Below, piece after piece: positions 58,763-64,000 of a DNA stretch of 64,000 nucleotides. How positions within the stretch are numbered: the first letter of the stretch is position 1; each line of letters begins with the position of its first letter. This DNA is from Amphiscolops sp. MND2022 (taxonomy: Eukaryota): assembly GCA_964187785.1 (NCBI GenBank), contig OZ076418.1, positions 744,001 to 808,000 of the forward strand, given 5' to 3'. A program made the position numbers and the translations under genes. The notes under the pieces are model-generated. The model saw nothing but the letters and a program-made list of their open reading frames with translations, was not told the DNA's origin and searched no databases.

Positions 58763-59762
58763 ACACTTGCGATAAGCAAGTGTTATGGGAAAGTGCGGGT
58801 GCTTTTTTTTCCGCGCGACAACTCACTCGTTTCAGACCGCAAGTCGCATAGTCTGAATTTGTGGCCGTGGCAACTTCTGGCAGCTGGCCAACTTCCAGCA
58901 CTTGTCGCAACTTCTGGCACTTGGCATAGAGGTTAATTAGGATTATTTGAGGTCTGCCAAGCAGAAGGACGTGGGTTCGAGTCTCGCCTTTGACCAAAAT
59001 TTTTTGTGCCTGTTATTTCGACTTTGTGACTTTTTTTCGCATTTTTTTATGTCACCAAAGATTCCTCCCTTCATATTTTTGGTATTTTGCAACAGAACGA
59101 ATGTTTAAAAATCCCAAAGGGTCCCTTCTTTCAGATTTTTCGGCACTATGAGACTGTTGAAAATTCTCATTTTTTGTTATGTTTTGCAAAATTTATCAAG
59201 TCTCGCTTCAATTTTTTTTTGAAATTTTGCAACAGAATGGATGTTAAAAAAATCTCGAAGTGCCCCCTTTTACAGTTTTCGGCATTGTGAGATTTTTGAA
59301 ATCGAATAATTTTTGTCTGAAATATCCGATTTTTGTTTTTTGTAAGACCGCTGTTTTTTCTATGTGACTTTTTTTCTAATTTGTTTTCATCGAAGCCCCC
59401 TCAATTTTTACTAGAAACGAAACGTTTCGCGAGCATAAAGCACTGCTCAAGGTTTTCGGCACTATGCGACTTGCCGGAGACCTTCATCAAAAAACTTTTC
59501 GAAAAATTTTTTTCCTCAAGTTTGTTTTTTTAAAGGTTTACGGTTGAGAAAGATAGGTTTTCTGTTGTTTCCAGTTGGAGAAGAATTGTTTTCGAGATTT
59601 ATGGGTATCCCTTCGGGATTTTTTGGCGCTGTGAAATTGATGAAATTTTAACAATAATGTCCTTTTACCCTTGGCTCTCCGTATGATATTGCTTATTTGG
59701 GTTTCTTCAAAAGTTCGCAACTTTCTTCGCAAGTGTTTGCGAAGCACGGCTTCGCCTCTGTG
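58763..59762 (+). mobile_element. Helentron-type non-autonomous element (HINE/DINE-like)
   Basis: 5' palindrome ACACTTGC-GATAA-GCAAGTGT, subterminal partner GCAAGTGT at 59729-59736 and 3' hairpin GCGAAGC-ACG-GCTTCGC. Inserted in a T run of one array unit without a clear TSD. Confidence 0.7.
58922..58996 (+). pseudogene. tRNA-Gly(GCC)-derived segment with A- and B-box-like motifs
   Basis: TGGCATAGAGG (A-box-like), CTGCCAA anticodon-loop-like and GGTTCGAGTC (B box); the stems do not close a proper cloverleaf. Confidence 0.5.
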
Positions 59763-62700
59763 TAGAATTTTTGTCAAGCCTGCTTTCAAGCCAAAGCAAT
59801 TTTATCTTAAACTGTTTTCAATTATTACTTTCAAGCCAAAACAAACTAAGTCTTGAGCTTTTCAACCCTGCTTTCAAGTAAAAGCAATTTCGAACTATTC
59901 TCTCATTGCTTTCAAGTAAAGGCAAATTAAGCCTTCAGCTATTTTCAATCTGGAACAAATCCAAGCCTGCTCTCAAGTTAGAGTAATTCTTTTCTTACGT
60001 TGAAGTTTCAAATGACTTTTGACTTCAAACAAGCTATTATACCAGCTTTGTTCAACAAAGACCCCTTCTTTATAGTGGACTCTAAACCAAAGTCTGGTGA
60101 TACTCACTGACTCTAAACTCAGAACGACAGCCTTAGCTGGGTTATAAGAGACTTAAACAACTTAGCTTTGTTCGACTCTTCAAGTCGAACAGTTCTCAAC
60201 TTGAGACAAAGAGTAGCTGTATAGCACTCTATAAAAACAGTACAACAATCTGTTGTCCTCTAATCAAAGAATAGCGATTCGCTATCTTTCCCAGTCCGTG
60301 ACAGTTGGTGGACTATAAACAACGTGCTAGCTCTTTGCTGCACCTTAAAAAGAGGCCTAACCTCTGACTTGGTAAAAAACATAAAACAAATTGATAAACT
60401 TAATAACTCATTTCTTAGTAACTTAACCATTATCTGTTAAAGGTTGATATCAAACTAGATTTAGTTATATTCTTTTCATTTAGTTTGATTTGTGCAGTCT
60501 GTTTTCGTATAACTGACAATCGTAACAATTTTAATATAAATGAAGTTTCAATGTACAGATTCCTGGACCAAAGCATTCTTTTTTCCCGGGTTGTAGAAAT
60601 AAAAACCTTCCATTCGAACTCACGCCTGAGACAACCTTTGTTGAAGTGTAGGAAGGCACTCTCGCAAAAGTTTTAATTTCGTGGCTAATTTGAGATTTCA
60701 AACATAAGAAAAAATCGAACTAAGAGTTCGCTAATTGGACAAGAAATCGAGACTTATCAATTTTCATACCAACCTACGCAACACTTCACAGTGGTGTGCT
60801 GAGGGATTACTAAAATTGAATGTCGATATGTGAGTTTTGAATGTCTATTTAAAAAATTTTTCTTTCATCTGATTCGTTCAGGAATTTTGAATGTCGTTTT
60901 GCAAATTTTCAGCGTAATACACTGTATTTTTACTACCACTACTGCTGCTATTTCTGTGGACGGTGTAGAAGTGACTTTTCACTGTGGATTCGCCTCGGCG
61001 CGATCATACTCATCTTTTGTGCTACTGCTGAATAAGTTTAGATTTGTTTTGTCACATGTTGTTTACTATCCGTCAGGCATGGCAGTTAATCACGCGGTTA
61101 ATCTCTCAAAATTCACGCTGGAAATGTCACGCTACCATGGTAGAAATCACAACCAATTCACGATTTTCCCCCGAAAAACTCGATAAAACACGGCTTTTTT
61201 CATTATTTCAGTTTAATTAGGAGGAATTAACCTAAAAAACAAAAACACAAATTTTCCAATGTTTCTACACCAAGTTTTTGACTATTTTCTGTCTGAATTC
61301 TGTTGAAGTTCGAAAAGAATGTACGTTCTACAGCAATGTTGACGAGGCCACTGATATGAACGAGTGGCTTTGAATGAACTGAACTCTTTTCAACCAATAG
61401 ACAGTTTGAGTCTGCTTTTTGCCTCGGTTCTTTTCAATGTCGGCTGAATGGTTGTCCGTCTAATGAGCCGTGATTAACAGCCGTCATGTCATGCCTGCTA
61501 TCGGTTTTGTTTGTGGGTGGCCCATTAACATTCATTCCTCCGTGCATTCAATTCTCTTTTCATTTGAAATTACTCACTGATGAATCCAAAAATGACCTCT
61601 GCACTAGTTACTTTCAGCTTTAAGAGATTTACGAAAATTAATTTATTGGAAGCACTCTTGAAGAAAATACCGAAATTTCTTCGCATGTTTCCATTCTATT
61701 TTAACCTTACTTATCATCCATTGTTCTATGGTTTCCTTTTTCGAAACATCCTCTCTGCATAAAATACCAAAAAACAGCACTTTTTGACTGGGAAGTTGCA
61801 AACTCCATGGAACTGAATTGAGTTGAGTTGAGAACTGAATGCATCGTTGATTTCTGTCGTTGATGTTTTTGTTCCTGTTTTAAATTGTTTTAAAGTCTTT
61901 CCTGTGATTGCTAATTCATATTGTCAACCATCTACTTTTTCTCATCTACGCACAGTTCAATCAAACAGCCTAGTCGCAGGTACCGCCGAAATACTTGTAA
62001 TACAAGCCGCGTTGGACAAGTTTTGAGTGAAGGCTTACGTTCGAAGAGGACCTGTATTTATAGAATTTTCCCAACTTTTGATGAGTTTTGAATGTTTTGT
62101 TCTCGGTTACAAACTGTGGCTTCTATTAGGAGGTGGCTAAGAAATGGAGTATTCTACAGTAGAAGAATTGAAGCCAAGCGCTGTCTCTATTCGGCAGTGG
62201 CTTATAATCGGACCAGGGCCCGAATTTTCATGCTTTGAAATCACGTCAAAAATTACGCAACGCAGATTATATGTGGGCGGGAAATAACATTCCACTTTTT
62301 AGCAGTCAGTCTTGTCCTGTTCCATTTTCAATCTGCGTTCCAAGTCAACTGAAAGTATCAAATGTTTTTTGAACCAGGTTAGCATTTTCGAAACAGCAGC
62401 GGCTGAAATTTCTCCATCGAAACGGCAAGTTGTTCGAAACTGTCTGGTAAATGATTTGTTCGCTCCAGAGGTAAATCGAACTTTTACAGAGCCTTTTTTC
62501 AGGAATTACTTCAGATTAGAAACTAATAATGAAAAACTTGTATGAATTTTGCAATGACACACCGTGCAAAAACAACAAGACGCCCGCGAAGCATCGCGAT
62601 ATTTTCCACCACCAACCAAGCCTTAGAAACCAAAATAGTAACTAAAAAAGTGAAGTGGATGGAGATCGTGGAGATTTGGCAGAATTTGGAAAAAAAAACG

Positions 62701-64000
62701 CAACACAGATTATGATTTTCCTCCCCCCATTATATGTGGGCGGAAAATAACAATCAGAACCCAGTGTAGCCTCAGTCTTTAACTCAATGTATCTTGCTTC
62801 GCAGACATGCCGTGTCTGTGTTGCTTTCTCGGTGTACAGCTTGTCAATGTAGTTTAGTTCATGAATTCATTTTCTCCCACTACAAGAAGAAACCAGAAAA
62901 AAAACGAATGCTAATTCTTCATCTTCCTTCCGAAAAGTTCGATCATTGGCTGGGATAGGTTTATTTCTCGATTACAGAAAATGACTGGAAGGTAAAATGA
63001 AGGTGGCTCTGCAGGCTCGCAAGCGGGGAACGGCCCAAGGCAGCGCAAAATCCTTTCAATTTGTCCAAAACCGGTTTTCGGTTTTCAACCGGAGTCTGCG
63101 GTTTGATCCAAGTGCAATGTACTTGCGACTATAATAGTAGGGGGGAATGACTAAATAATGAAGTGCGCATAATACCTACAAAAAAAGTTTGATTTTATGG
63201 TCATTTTTCATGTCGGAGACTCTCAGGAGCTATTTTGTTAGATTTGACGAACATTTGACTAATTCATAACTGAAAATTTGATTTGACCGCATATGGACTA
63301 ACCGGACTGGGCTCTAGTGACAAGCTACGTAGCTTTTTTGCAGAACAAGCTAAGTACTTTTTTGCAGAACAAGGTGTATATATATTTTTCAGAAACCGCA
63401 AAAGTATTTCTGCTATCGCTACCACTAATTATTATTATTTCTGCGACAGCTGGAATATTACTGAAATCTCAAGAATTCTACTTTTTTTCCAGTACAATTC
63501 TTGTGATACTGAAAAATTCATATTTTCTTCGGCATATAGGCTATAGGCTATATCTTGACTATAGGCGTGAGAATTAAATTTATCGAGCTGCCGACGACAT
63601 TTCAATTCTCGTGGGATGGAACGAGCGAGTGGTAATTATGCTTTCGTACGCCGAGTTATTGAGATGAAGCGAATGAGTGGTAATTATTCGTTCGCCTAGA
63701 GCTTGATAAAAAACAATACTGCAGGAGACATTTCTAGTGTGAAGATTTCTGTACAGCACATTCTAGAGCGTCATTCTTCGCTTTTGGTGTCTAGAATTCA
63801 TTGAAAAGTCCATGCATGAATGTTTTGTTCAAATACTTATTTCAGGAATTCAGCTAAGTTATTTTTTCCGAACTAAAGGGCGATTCTGAGGAAATATTCC
63901 GAGGAATATTTCAGACAAAAACTGAGTTAGCTATAAATTCAAAATGCTATCAAACCTCTGTTTCCTATAGAATTGAGTGAATATTACTTTTGAAGTATTG

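Larger units (their letters stand above)
57574..60633 (+). mobile_element. LTR-like repeat, copy 2, with expanded internal array and a 1-kb insertion
   Basis: Colinear with 19767-21314. Confidence 0.5.

Noticed and set aside
58922-58996. Functional tRNA gene
   Set aside because: The acceptor and D stems do not pair, and it is embedded in a transposon; recorded as tRNA-derived only.
60770-64000. Several short ORFs
   Set aside because: No recognisable domains, splice structure or repeats that I can support.

Overview
AT-rich animal genomic DNA with spliceosomal introns. The repeat families resemble those I associate with acoel worms, which is an unverified inference. The left third holds two host genes among MITEs and LINE fragments: a tropomodulin-family gene (full two-exon copy at 6179-9466 plus a near-identical partial upstream duplicate) and a three-exon histone H2A.Z (14374-18279). 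The centre is a 20.1-kb Polinton/Maverick (adintovirus-like) element at 25545-45655 with AGTAGT termini, ~270-bp TIRs and a 6-bp TSD (GCTAGG). It encodes pPolB, packaging ATPase, integrase, minor and major capsid proteins, a core protein, an adenain-like protease and accessory ORFs, and is damaged by frameshifts, a nonsense codon and an internal duplication. It is inserted into a rearranged tandem array made of fragments of an older sister Polinton family (about 21.4-25.5 kb and 45.7-55.0 kb). The most striking observation is that two small Polinton right-arm genes (a 10-Cys RING/FYVE-like finger and a micro-protein ending in a p21-like PCNA-binding PIP box) are each followed 22-23 nt after the stop codon by a replication-dependent-histone-type 3' stem-loop. 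The same hairpin, with a compensatory base-pair change, follows the homologous gene in the older family, and the young element inserted 3 nt from that hairpin. The right end holds retroelement debris (env-like, TRAF/MATH and SGNH fragments), an LTR-like repeat and a Helentron-type non-autonomous element.
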